This document shows positions 1-9,007 of a stretch of DNA of 64,000 nt, one piece after another. Location of the stretch: the IMG/VR virus record IMGVR_UViG_3300025133_000038, positions 55,351-119,350 of that record; one strand, written 5' to 3'. Both the position numbers and the translations under genes were made by a program. The notes beneath the pieces were generated by a model, which did not search any database, was not told the origin of the DNA, and saw only the letters and a program-made list of their open reading frames with translations. Every line of letters starts with the position of its first letter. Position 1 is the stretch's first letter. This stretch comes from a virus.

Positions 1-1
1 T

Positions 2-367
2 CAGATTAAGCTGGGTTATGAAGGTATTATGCTTCGCAACACAGATGGTGTCTACAAGGCGAGAGGTCGAAGCAAAGACCTACAGAAGGTCAAGCTGTTC
101 ATCGACGAGGAGTTTGAGATTGTAGACGCTAAGGAAAACAAAGGTAAGATGGCAGGTCAATGCACCTTCATCTGTAAAACTAAAGACGGACACACCTTCG
201 GGGTTAAACCAGAGGGTACTGATGCAGTAAGAAAACAGTATTGGGTGGACTGGCAGGCTGGCACTCTGATGGGCAAAATGCTCACAGTACGCTTCTTTGC
301 CTGGACCACAAGTAAGAAGAGTGTACCAAGATTCCCAGTGGGAATTGCCATAAGGGATTATGAGTGA
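2..367 (+). CDS. lig: ATP-dependent DNA ligase, C-terminal part (5'-truncated by window edge)
   Basis: Frame open from position 2: GYEGIMLR (motif IV), DLQKVK (motif V), OB-fold ending PRFPVGIAIRDYE (motif VI). Confidence 0.9.
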   Translation, partial: QIKLGYEGIMLRNTDGVYKARGRSKDLQKVKLFIDEEFEIVDAKENKGKMAGQCTFICKTKDGHTFGVKPEGTDAVRKQYWVDWQAGTLMGKMLTVRFFAWTTSKKSVPRFPVGIAIRDYE

Positions 368-1512
368 TGAAATACCTTAATAAGATTAAGCAGATAGTTG
401 GCTCTAAAAAGAAGGTCGTACTAACCGTCACTGGTGGTGGGACCGGAGTGTTTGGACACCTACTAAACTATGGTGGTGGGTCGGAGTTCCTAGTAGAGGG
501 TATTATCAACTACTCTATGGAGAGTACTCAAGACCTAATAGGTACACCAGACAGTTATGTTAGTAAGGAGGCCGCCCTTAAGTTGGCGGTAGCTGCCTAC
601 CAACGGTGTGTCAAGCTGGGTGTTGACCCTAAGGAAGCACACGGAGTATCAACAACGGCCAAGCTGGTGACTGAGGGTGAGCGAGAGGGTAGGGTCCATG
701 AGATTTACGCGGCCTACCACTCAAACGACAAGTCCTCGTATGTCCACCTGAGGTTTGAACATGATAGGTCTCGCGTGCAAGAGGAGTATCTCTGTGAGAA
801 CTTTATCTTAGATGCCCTAAACCAATGGTTCTGTGGGGTGGACATTGCTGATAAAAAGAACGGTCTTTTTACCTGCATGAAAAAGCCAGAGGTTATAGTG
901 GGAGATACGTGTGAGACTAGCCCTGAAATAAAAGAAATAATTCGCGACAACCGGAAAGTAATCGTTATTCATAAGTCTGAGGGCACTTGGAGCCAGCGAG
1001 ATTTGGAGAAGAGTCGTCCCCTTATTTTTCCTGGGTCGTTTAATCCTATTCATGCTCAACACCTAAGGATGGCTGACGCTGCCTATAAGAAAACAGATAA
1101 GCAGGTATGGCTAGAACTATCTATAGGTAATACAGACAAGCCAGCTCTTGATTATATTACTTTGAGGGATAGAGTCTTAGATATTATAAATAAGGTTGCC
1201 TCTAGGGATAGTGTCGCTGGGGTAGTCATTTCTAATGCACCACTCTTTATCCAAAAAGCTGAGGCTATCAACAGTTGTGCTACCTTTCTAATGGGGATGG
1301 ACACATTCAATAGAATGAATGAAAAGAAGTATTATCCCAAGGAAACTAAACATATCCTTGATGGCTATTGGGTAAAGCTAATGGTCTTCAGTAGGAAGGG
1401 AGACAAGAGAATTTATCCTTCTGAGTTTGGAGACATAACAACTTTCATTTCAAAGCAAGAGTATAAAGATACCGGACTATCGTCCACACAGATTCGCAAC
1501 GCTAAAAATTAA
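364..1512 (+). CDS. CinA/PncC-like domain fused to nicotinamide/nicotinate mononucleotide adenylyltransferase (NadD/NMNAT-like) domain
   Basis: N-term VTGGG...GGSEFLVEGIINYS (CinA C-terminal domain-like); C-term IFPGSFNPIHAQH (HxGH-type motif), MGMDT and LSSTQIR nucleotidyltransferase motifs. Confidence 0.75.
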   Translation: MMKYLNKIKQIVGSKKKVVLTVTGGGTGVFGHLLNYGGGSEFLVEGIINYSMESTQDLIGTPDSYVSKEAALKLAVAAYQRCVKLGVDPKEAHGVSTTAKLVTEGEREGRVHEIYAAYHSNDKSSYVHLRFEHDRSRVQEEYLCENFILDALNQWFCGVDIADKKNGLFTCMKKPEVIVGDTCETSPEIKEIIRDNRKVIVIHKSEGTWSQRDLEKSRPLIFPGSFNPIHAQHLRMADAAYKKTDKQVWLELSIGNTDKPALDYITLRDRVLDIINKVASRDSVAGVVISNAPLFIQKAEAINSCATFLMGMDTFNRMNEKKYYPKETKHILDGYWVKLMVFSRKGDKRIYPSEFGDITTFISKQEYKDTGLSSTQIRNAKN

Positions 1513-1524
1513 GAGGCACTACAG

Positions 1525-2169
1525 ATGAGTATTGATATAGTAGCAATTGGAGACCAACTGATTGAATATCCCGAAGCTAAAGAAGAGAACTTCGAGGTAT
1601 CTTTTGATAAATATCTAACCATAGCAAAGAAAACAATAAGAACTTTTGCTGCTAGGTTTCGTCCAGGTCTAGTAGAACAAATGATGAAGAGCGATGACGC
1701 TATTTCCAATGTAGCAACAGCTATTATGATGGCTGACTGGAGATGGAGTTCTGAGTATAAGAGCAGTACTGGCAAAGTAAGAACTAAGTATTGCTATCGT
1801 AATCAGTGTGCCATCTGGGCTATTCAAGCCTACGTTGGTAGACAAGCTAAGGCTCCAAGGGTTGATTCCTTAGATAGAACCCTGACTCACGACAGCGAAA
1901 AAGAAAATAGTCTTTCACATAAGATTCCTTCAAAAGATTTGGGACCGCAGGAACAAGCAGAGAGTAATGAGAGTAAGAAGGTTTTAGATAAGATTCTTAA
2001 TCGTTCAGGTCTAACAAACAAACAAGATAAGTATATTAAGCAGTACCACATGGAGGGCTTGACGTATCAGCAGATTGCTGACCAAGTAGGTTCAACGAGA
2101 GAAGCTGTTCGTCAAATTGTAGATAGAGCAATGAGTAACATTCGTCAATTCGGAGACATCCATGAGTAA
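1525..2169 (+). CDS. sigma-70-family RNA polymerase sigma factor-like protein
   Basis: Region-4 HTH LTNKQDKYIKQYHMEGLTYQQIADQVGSTREAVRQIVDRAM; SLD motif; divergent region 2. Confidence 0.75.
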   Translation: MSIDIVAIGDQLIEYPEAKEENFEVSFDKYLTIAKKTIRTFAARFRPGLVEQMMKSDDAISNVATAIMMADWRWSSEYKSSTGKVRTKYCYRNQCAIWAIQAYVGRQAKAPRVDSLDRTLTHDSEKENSLSHKIPSKDLGPQEQAESNESKKVLDKILNRSGLTNKQDKYIKQYHMEGLTYQQIADQVGSTREAVRQIVDRAMSNIRQFGDIHE

Positions 2170-2701
2170 TATTCAAAAAGATTTAGCATTTGGTCGGGCA
2201 GCAGAAGATAGGGTCGTTAAGCTATACAAGTCCAGCGGCTTCGACTCTAACATCCAACCAAACAAAGGTAAATTTTCTGACTGGGATATTGAAAGTAAAT
2301 GCCCTATAAAAGGAACTTTGCTTTTTCACAACTTTACCACTGAGGTGAAGCATGATGCGTATGCTGCTCGTAGTGGTAACATTGCAATCGAAATGTTTAA
2401 CCCTAAGTCTGGCAAACCTAGTGGTTTAATGGCTACAAAAGCAGACTTATGGGTACACATCATATCGGACGGTGTTTATGTTGCTAACACAGAGCGGTTG
2501 AAAAAGTGGGTAAATGACACGCCCCCTAAGAGAGTTATAACTGCGGGTGGTGATGGCAATGCGACACTTTATCTGTATAGTATTGATGTTATCTTCGATG
2601 AAACAGAGGGCTCATTGTTCACAGAGATAGATGAATTGGACTCAGACAGCAGAAGAGAGGTAATTTTTGGCTGTTTAAATGAAGATTTACGGATGCTTTA
2701 A
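2162..2701 (+). CDS. PD-(D/E)XK-fold nuclease-like phage protein
   Basis: G..AE helix, WDI, EVKHD, SGNIAIE, SGLMATKADLW pattern common in phage restriction-endonuclease-fold proteins. Confidence 0.6.
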   Translation: MSNIQKDLAFGRAAEDRVVKLYKSSGFDSNIQPNKGKFSDWDIESKCPIKGTLLFHNFTTEVKHDAYAARSGNIAIEMFNPKSGKPSGLMATKADLWVHIISDGVYVANTERLKKWVNDTPPKRVITAGGDGNATLYLYSIDVIFDETEGSLFTEIDELDSDSRREVIFGCLNEDLRML

Positions 2702-2720
2702 TAACTAACCACTTAATTTA

Positions 2721-2729
2721 GGGTATAAT
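2721..2729 (+). promoter_or_regulatory. class-2-like promoter variant (GGGTATAAT), probably giving a leaderless transcript
   Basis: TATAAT 2724-2729 in a short intergenic gap, 4 nt before GTG 2734, no SD. Confidence 0.5.
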
Positions 2730-2733
2730 ACTA

Positions 2734-3081
2734 GTGAACGTACAAATAAAACTATTGATATTAAGCCTCGACTATAAAGACAACTCTGTTTTTATCTTGT
2801 CTGACGAGGAAAGCGAGGCTAAATTGCCTTCTGTCACCCTTAAAGAGGGTGACTTAGACAGGCAAATAAAGAGATTATTTAAGGAGTATTGTAATCTTAG
2901 TTGGGGTTTTATCTCTTGTGAACTAACAGATGTTAAACAGAAAAAAGATATTCTTGAAGTTTATTACGGGATTATCGTTCCTAATGATATCATTATGAAC
3001 AAAGGCTATAAATACATTGTTGGCCCTGCTGAGGGTGAGGAACTTAGGACTTTAGTTAGTGGAGTGGCGAATACATTATGA
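2734..3081 (+). CDS. degenerate Nudix-fold (NrtR N-terminal-like) protein
   Basis: V.IKLLIL...VFIL...KLPS...EGDLDRQIKRLFKEYCNL...L...EVYY follows Nudix topology but lacks the GX5EX7REUXEEXGU box. Confidence 0.45.
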   Translation: MNVQIKLLILSLDYKDNSVFILSDEESEAKLPSVTLKEGDLDRQIKRLFKEYCNLSWGFISCELTDVKQKKDILEVYYGIIVPNDIIMNKGYKYIVGPAEGEELRTLVSGVANTL

Positions 3082-3524
3082 GTAGATTTTTAGATAGGCT
3101 TGTTGGACTAGACCTACCAACAGCAGAGCGTTTACTAGAGATACAAGCACAAAAACTTCTCCAAGACAGGGCATTAGAGATGGCTTCCCGGTCGCCCGAG
3201 TCTATTGAGTTGGGTGGTCTTGCTAGTGATTCTCTTGCCCAGGTTAAGATTGTACTGAAGTCAGACAATGACTGTAATGTTATTCTAGAGATAGCGGAAG
3301 ACCTAAGTACACAAGAGGAGGCTTCAGCTATTGCTCGAATGCTATTCTCTCTTAATGAGGGTAAGATGAAGGGGACGTTTGCTGGTATCATTCAGCAACA
3401 GATGCTAACTGATGTTAGGGACACTAATTTTGGTCAGGCTATTATGGATGCTTGGGAACAAGAGTATGCTGAGCATGATGATGACTGTGTCCCTCCCTCT
3501 CAAGCACTAACGGGAGCACCCTAA
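3078..3524 (+). CDS. hypothetical protein
   Basis: 148-aa ORF translationally coupled at both ends. Confidence 0.7.
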   Translation: MSRFLDRLVGLDLPTAERLLEIQAQKLLQDRALEMASRSPESIELGGLASDSLAQVKIVLKSDNDCNVILEIAEDLSTQEEASAIARMLFSLNEGKMKGTFAGIIQQQMLTDVRDTNFGQAIMDAWEQEYAEHDDDCVPPSQALTGAP

Positions 3525-4480
3525 TGTTAGCATACTTAGGCATAGTAAACTATGTAGTTAGATGTGGCGTCCGTAAGAAGAACAGAACTGGTATCGACAC
3601 CATCGTTGTTCCTAATATGCACTTCAATCACGATATGAGTGAGGGATTTCCCGCTCTGACTACTAAGAAGTTGGCCTTCAAGACACTGAGTGTGGAGCTT
3701 GAGGGTTTTATTGGTGGTATCACAAGTAAGAAGTGGTATCAGGAACGTGGTTGTAAGATTTGGGATGAGTGGGCTAATCCTGAGGCCGTTAATGAAGTGG
3801 TCAGGGGAGATTGGAACGTCATTAGTAATGGTGTTGACTACCCCTTTCCAGATAGGAAGAAGATACAGGCGAGACTTAATGACCTTGGACCTATCTATGG
3901 TTATCAGTGGAGAAGATTCAACGTCCCTTATGACTCAGACGAATACATCCTACACTCAGGCCAGCCAGAGTGTCCCGTCAATGAGAAGTTAGAACCTCAC
4001 GACGAACCCTACGACCAACTAGCAACCATAGTTAAAACACTAAAGGAAAACCCTAACGACAGGCGTATGGTCTGCTCAGCATGGAATCCCAATCAACTAA
4101 GTCAGATGGCCCTGCCACCATGTCACTTTGTGTGGGAGCTAACCCACGTTGACGGAACACTAAACTTACACTGGACCCAGCGGTCATGCGACCTGATGCT
4201 CGGTGTCCCCTTTAATATTGCAAGCTATGCTCTACTACTAGAGCTACTAGCTAAAGAAGCTGGCATGAAGCCAGGAAATCTCAGTGGTATGTTGTGTGAC
4301 TGCCATATATATGAGAACCAAATTGAAGGAGCTAAGCTTCAACTGAAGCGAGAGCCCCTTAAACTACCTACTTTAAAAATCTCTAACTTTACCAATATTT
4401 TTGAATGGACACACGAAGACGTAGAATTGATTGACTATAATAACCTCGGCAAGATTGACTTTGGTGGAGTAGCGGTATGA
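3524..4480 (+). CDS. thyA: thymidylate synthase
   Basis: RTGIDT, LTTKK, LGPIYGYQWR, DRRM, MALPPCH, QRSCD, GVPFNIASY, DCHIYENQ. Confidence 0.97.
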   Translation: MLAYLGIVNYVVRCGVRKKNRTGIDTIVVPNMHFNHDMSEGFPALTTKKLAFKTLSVELEGFIGGITSKKWYQERGCKIWDEWANPEAVNEVVRGDWNVISNGVDYPFPDRKKIQARLNDLGPIYGYQWRRFNVPYDSDEYILHSGQPECPVNEKLEPHDEPYDQLATIVKTLKENPNDRRMVCSAWNPNQLSQMALPPCHFVWELTHVDGTLNLHWTQRSCDLMLGVPFNIASYALLLELLAKEAGMKPGNLSGMLCDCHIYENQIEGAKLQLKREPLKLPTLKISNFTNIFEWTHEDVELIDYNNLGKIDFGGVAV

Positions 4481-5091
4481 GGAATAACATGTCTGAAAAG
4501 AAGAAAACGTCACCCCAAGAAATAATCAAGAGAGCGCATAAGTCTGCTTCTATGGCTATCGGAGATAACTTCGAAGCTATAACTGCTGATGAAGCACACA
4601 CTAGAACAGATGACAAGCGGTTCATTGCTTGGGAGAAATGGGTTGACCCATATGGAGACAACTGGGAAGAGCATGAATGGCCTGGGGCTTTTAGTCCTGG
4701 TGGTGCTGAGATGGAATTTGACGAAGATAATATCGAAGAGGTAGGTATGCCTATCGACCTAGGTAGAAATATCCGAATCTTAAATACTCCGCTTGGTATT
4801 ATTCCACTAACCGAAGAGAGTAAACCTAGTACTGTATTCAACTTCTGGCTAGCTGTAACCAACTTTCCAATTACTAGAAAGATGGTCTCTATTCTAGACG
4901 ATGTAGAAGGAGTAGAAATACTAACTATCTATACCAGGTACAGATTCCGTATTAGTATAGGTAAGTTGTTTAAGGACCGTGAAGTAATGGACAGGATTAA
5001 TAGAAGAATGGCCGCATACCTTGAACACAAAGAGAGTAAAAAATGCCAATTAAACTTAACGGGCGAACTCTACAGGAAAAAAGCCAACTAA
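4477..5091 (+). CDS. hypothetical protein
   Basis: 204-aa ORF overlapping thyA stop (ATGA); FNFWLAVTNF, TRYRFRISIGKLF look like conserved blocks. Confidence 0.7.
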   Translation: MRNNMSEKKKTSPQEIIKRAHKSASMAIGDNFEAITADEAHTRTDDKRFIAWEKWVDPYGDNWEEHEWPGAFSPGGAEMEFDEDNIEEVGMPIDLGRNIRILNTPLGIIPLTEESKPSTVFNFWLAVTNFPITRKMVSILDDVEGVEILTIYTRYRFRISIGKLFKDREVMDRINRRMAAYLEHKESKKCQLNLTGELYRKKAN

Positions 5092-5723
5092 TATCTGATA
5101 TACACGACCACTCTATAAACTATGAGTCTCGTGAGATATACATGCACTCTGCCTTTCAAGAAGAGGAGGAGGGTGTTGACTTTAGGATGTGTACTAAGTT
5201 AGTAAAGAACCTAAACATCCTATTTCACATGTCTCCCACTGAACCTATCTTGATTCATCAGCTTACGGTTGGTGGAGACTGGAACTATGGAATGGCAATG
5301 TATGATGCTATTAAGTCATGTTCATCTTCTATCACTGTCCTTGCTTATGGACATGCAGGCTCAATGAGTAGCCTTATCTTTCAAGCGGCTGACTATCGCG
5401 TCCTGATGCCTAACTGTGAGTTTATGATTCACGAAGGGCAGATGGGTGCCGATGGAACAACCAAAGGTTTCTTATCTGTAGCTGAACAGCTAAAGAAAGA
5501 CAACAAGACCATGATTGACATCTATCTTGAGAAGACCAAGAAGGGTGAGAAATGGAAAGGTAAGACAGACAACTGGATTCGCAAACAACTACAAACAAAG
5601 ATGGACCTCAAACAAGAATGGTACTTAAACTCAAGGAGCGCTGTGGAATATGGATTTGCAGATGCTGTTCTTGGAGATGAGAACTATGAGAACATCGAAG
5701 TATTATTAAGGCACGAGGAATAA
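5043..5723 (+). CDS. clpP: ClpP-like serine protease
   Basis: TVGGD, MAMYDAI, GHAGSMSSLI (catalytic Ser), FMIHEG (His), EWYLNSRSAVEYGFAD. Confidence 0.85.
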   Translation: MPIKLNGRTLQEKSQLISDIHDHSINYESREIYMHSAFQEEEEGVDFRMCTKLVKNLNILFHMSPTEPILIHQLTVGGDWNYGMAMYDAIKSCSSSITVLAYGHAGSMSSLIFQAADYRVLMPNCEFMIHEGQMGADGTTKGFLSVAEQLKKDNKTMIDIYLEKTKKGEKWKGKTDNWIRKQLQTKMDLKQEWYLNSRSAVEYGFADAVLGDENYENIEVLLRHEE

Positions 5724-6365
5724 ATGTATGTAGAATTAGCCTGCTTAGACAAAACCTCTACAGCAGATGACACAAGAAAACATGTTTTTGCAGCGAGCGA
5801 ACTAGCCCTAAACGGAGTAGTGGTTCTACCGCCCTATATCACCGAGGCAAGACAGTATGTTCCAGACATGGTATTAGCGGCGCCTATAGACTATCCTTAT
5901 GGGACTATGGATACCAAAATACGGGAACATGCTGTGCTTTCAGCACTCAGAAAAGGAGCCAATACGGTTGATTTGGTTCTGAACCATACGATGGTGGTGA
6001 ATAAGAGGCTTGAGGCCATGCTCGATGATATTGAGACATGTCAAAAGATATGCTATGAGAATAGAGCCGCCCTCAGAATCATGCTAGAATATAGAATATA
6101 TGATAATTCTAAGCTATTTCTTGACACGCTGGATATGCTAGAGCTAATAGGGGTTGAATACGTTCTTCCTGCAACAGGGCTTAGGGTAGATAATTTTACC
6201 GATAGTCTTATGGCCTCTAGAGGTATGACTCAAAGAAATAACCTTAAAATCATAATGAATGGTGGGATTTTTACCAAAGAACAGTATGAAATAGTTAAAA
6301 AGGCTGGTATTTATGGAATTAGATTTACGTCCATTCCACTGGTTCAAAATATTTTCGGTGTATAA
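5724..6365 (+). CDS. DeoC (deoxyribose-phosphate aldolase)-like TIM barrel, catalytic lysines apparently lost
   Basis: PIDYPYG, GANTVDLVLN, LRIMLE, GVEYVLPATG, MNGGI, GIRF align to DeoC GFPLG/GADEIDMVIN/LKVIIE/GADFVKTSTG/KASGGI. Confidence 0.75.
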   Translation: MYVELACLDKTSTADDTRKHVFAASELALNGVVVLPPYITEARQYVPDMVLAAPIDYPYGTMDTKIREHAVLSALRKGANTVDLVLNHTMVVNKRLEAMLDDIETCQKICYENRAALRIMLEYRIYDNSKLFLDTLDMLELIGVEYVLPATGLRVDNFTDSLMASRGMTQRNNLKIIMNGGIFTKEQYEIVKKAGIYGIRFTSIPLVQNIFGV

Positions 6366-6366
6366 T
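6357..6366 (+). promoter_or_regulatory. class-2 (putative late) promoter GGTGTATAAT
   Basis: Exact motif also at 9493, 14906 (+) and 58336, 61699 (-); precedes a structural-looking gene. Confidence 0.65.
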
Positions 6367-6443
6367 AGAATGAAGAAGAATAAGGATTTGATTATAGGAA
6401 TTACACAGGATAGGTGTTAGTAGCAATATAAAGGTAAATTCAA

Positions 6444-7337
6444 ATGGCTACAAAAAACATCACAGCTTTCAAGATTGTCAACCCAGCAGCAGGTAACGAT
6501 TATTTCGATACATCCGCTACCGCTACTACGAGTTCGACACAACCTACCCTTAATGTTGGTAGGGCTACAAACTTAGGTACATCCGCAAGCACTACAAGTG
6601 CAGGCATGACCCGTATTGATATGGGTGACGGTGGACGTACTATCTTTGGTTCACAAGTACTTGTTTCTGCTCGTCAGGGCGTTCAAGGTGCTGACGTATC
6701 CGGCTCAACAGCTATCACTAGTGTCGCAGATAGTAGCGGCTTAGCTTTGTTTACTTTGACCAGTCACGGTCTAAGTGTTGGAGATAGCATCGTTGTTTTA
6801 GATGATGGTACTAATAAGGGTGTTACGGGTCCACAAAGAGTTATTGAGGTTCCTCTCTCTAGTACTTTCCGCACAGACAAGGCATATGCCGCTGCTGTTG
6901 GAAGTCTAACCTACGGTACTGTCCAAGGCGACTTCGCCACAATGACAGCGGGACAATATGTTGCCCGTCGTGTTAGCGGTATGACTCTTCGTGGTACAGC
7001 AAGCAACATTCTTAGGAGTGGTGGTTCTGACTATGCGATTCGTCGTTCTATTCATAAAGTAGAAACCGCATTCCGTCACGACGGTGTTGCTACTGCTATC
7101 CGTGCTGGTTATTGGGATGAGTACAGTGCTACGTTCACTACTGCCCCAACAGCTACTAATAGCAGCGTTGGAAATGTCGCTGGCTCTACCGTTACTGATG
7201 GTACTGCTGACCATGCAGCCCAACCTACTCGCGCTATTCCAGGTGAACTGGTTTATCGTCAGAGTGGTGCGCAAACTGCTGGTGTTGCTGCCGCAGACGG
7301 TGTCCAACTTGATGACTATGTCGCAAAGACTGGATAA
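6444..7337 (+). CDS. probable virion structural protein (Thr/Ser/Ala/Gly-rich, beta-rich)
   Basis: Composition, LTSHGLSVGD motif, own promoter and terminator. Confidence 0.55.
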   Translation: MATKNITAFKIVNPAAGNDYFDTSATATTSSTQPTLNVGRATNLGTSASTTSAGMTRIDMGDGGRTIFGSQVLVSARQGVQGADVSGSTAITSVADSSGLALFTLTSHGLSVGDSIVVLDDGTNKGVTGPQRVIEVPLSSTFRTDKAYAAAVGSLTYGTVQGDFATMTAGQYVARRVSGMTLRGTASNILRSGGSDYAIRRSIHKVETAFRHDGVATAIRAGYWDEYSATFTTAPTATNSSVGNVAGSTVTDGTADHAAQPTRAIPGELVYRQSGAQTAGVAAADGVQLDDYVAKTG

Positions 7338-7348
7338 TCTAGCTTAAG

Positions 7349-7389
7349 AGGTCTGCCTAGTGGAAAAACTAGGTAGACCTTCTTTTTTT
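7349..7389 (+). terminator. Rho-independent terminator
   Basis: 13-bp stem AGGTCTGCCTAGT/ACTAGGTAGACCT followed by TCTTTTTTT. Confidence 0.9.
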
Positions 7390-7418
7390 ACCTTATCCAT
7401 ACCTGAGAGAGTGCAACT

Positions 7419-7745
7419 ATGGACAAAAAGTATATAGAGTATATAGCAACTGTCATGATTACAATTGTTATAAGTATGACGGGCTTCTGGATGATGATGG
7501 GAAGAAACTATGTCACCAGAGCAGAAGTGAATGTCATAGCTGAAGAAAAGATGCGTTCGGTAGACGGCAAATTAAACCTATATCTTAAAAGAGAAGATAA
7601 GTTAGAGGTTATAATTAACCAGAATACGAATGCTATAAATGAATTTAAAGTTCAATCTGCAATCTTAAACCAAACTCTTCAACATATGCAAAAGCAAATG
7701 GAAAACAGAGACCTTGCGTTTGATAAATTAAGGGATGCTATGTAA
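7419..7745 (+). CDS. membrane protein with one N-terminal TM helix and a coiled coil (holin-like candidate)
   Basis: Hydrophobic IATVMITIVISMTGFWMMM followed by heptad-like segment. Confidence 0.5.
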   Translation: MDKKYIEYIATVMITIVISMTGFWMMMGRNYVTRAEVNVIAEEKMRSVDGKLNLYLKREDKLEVIINQNTNAINEFKVQSAILNQTLQHMQKQMENRDLAFDKLRDAM

Positions 7746-8425
7746 TGGAAAGAATACTAATGCCGTATGAGCAAGGGAAAGTCCTTGTTAATGAGGCTGA
7801 CGTTCTATTATTTAGGGGAACTGGTTGGGCTAGTTATTTTTTAAGCCGAAGCGGTAAGAGTACGTACACCCATGTAGCTATGGCCTCATGGATTAATGGG
7901 CGTGCTAATACCCCTGATGGTATTCTTGAGTGTGTAGAATTTAGGGAGGGCAGCCCTGTAGCGGGGCTGTTCAACTCTAATGCTGCTGGTAGTGGGCGTG
8001 CCGTTAACTTGAGCCGGGAAGTTGATAAATATCCTGGTTGTATTGACGTATATCGCCCTATACCCTATTGCACTAAGTGGGTCTTTGATGAAGAGAACGA
8101 AGACCTCAAATTGGAAAGAACATTCCTTGTTCATAAGGATGTTACAGATACAATGAGAAGGCTTACAGGTCTTCCCTATGGTTGGAGAAGAATCTGGTGG
8201 CTTGCCAAGCAAAGCATGGCTGGCTTCAGATTGTTCACAAACGTAGAAAGCCTACAGGATGATGAAAGCGGAGACATAATCTATCCAGTATGCAGTACTG
8301 CTGTCGCCTATTGCTTTAATAAAAACGGGTTCGACCTTATCAATAACAAGTCCGACGAGTGGACAGAACCAGGGGACGTTGCTCGTTCAGCGAGACTTTC
8401 TTATCTTTTCACGCTCGAACCTTGA
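7745..8425 (+). CDS. permuted papain-like NlpC/P60 enzyme (YiiX/YaeF-like)
   Basis: DVLLFRG...YTHVAM (His first)...GLPYG...VCSTAVAYC (Cys later)...PGD. Confidence 0.75.
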   Translation: MERILMPYEQGKVLVNEADVLLFRGTGWASYFLSRSGKSTYTHVAMASWINGRANTPDGILECVEFREGSPVAGLFNSNAAGSGRAVNLSREVDKYPGCIDVYRPIPYCTKWVFDEENEDLKLERTFLVHKDVTDTMRRLTGLPYGWRRIWWLAKQSMAGFRLFTNVESLQDDESGDIIYPVCSTAVAYCFNKNGFDLINNKSDEWTEPGDVARSARLSYLFTLEP

Positions 8426-8449
8426 CAAAATCGCTTTATCCTCTATAAT
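8419..8449 (+). promoter_or_regulatory. class-1 sigma70-type promoter ACCTTGACA-N16-TATAAT
   Basis: TTGACA 8422-8427, TATAAT 8444-8449. Confidence 0.85.
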
Positions 8450-8488
8450 AAGAGTGTTGAAACCAGATTCTCAAAAGGGAGTTAGTCT

Positions 8489-9007
8489 ATGAAGTTTCTT
8501 GTTTTTCTTACTGTTTTGTTGAGTTCCACCATTTCCTATGGTTTGGATACAATTCATGTAGACAACCTTGTTGTTACGGAAAACGTAGACCTTATAGAAA
8601 CCAACCACTTCTATGATGATGCTGGTAGGCTTGTTTTCGACCAAGCAATCTTTTATCAGTGGGAGTCATACCCTGGTAATCGCTATCAAGTAATAGCATG
8701 GAGGTTGATAAAGCACAACAATCAGCTTCCGACATATAATTATCAAACAAATAGATATGAATGTGTTTGGATGGACGGGCATACTCTGCGAAGAGTAAGA
8801 AGCAAGCAGGTTAGAGAGACGTGGACCCAGCATGACCCAGAGATTCTAGAGCGAGAGCATTTCCCCAAAGAACATAGAAGAAACCTAATCAAACCTAGAA
8901 TAAAAGAACCTCTTCTTGAGAAAAACCCCTTTGGCTTCCTAAATAAAGCAGTAGATGGCATAGTTATATTTAAGGGAACATTGGTGGAGTTGAAAAAAAC
9001 ATGGTAG
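8489..9007 (+). CDS. secreted hypothetical protein resembling a Planctomycete conserved family
   Basis: Signal peptide MKFLVFLTVLLSSTISYG; VDLIETNHFYDDAGRLVFDQAIFYQW...VIAWRL...ETWTQHDPE (family recalled from memory, not searched). Confidence 0.6.
   Translation: MKFLVFLTVLLSSTISYGLDTIHVDNLVVTENVDLIETNHFYDDAGRLVFDQAIFYQWESYPGNRYQVIAWRLIKHNNQLPTYNYQTNRYECVWMDGHTLRRVRSKQVRETWTQHDPEILEREHFPKEHRRNLIKPRIKEPLLEKNPFGFLNKAVDGIVIFKGTLVELKKTW

Noticed and set aside
3524-4480. dCMP/dUMP hydroxymethylase for DNA modification
   Set aside because: All canonical ThyA motifs are present, including Asn in PFNIASY
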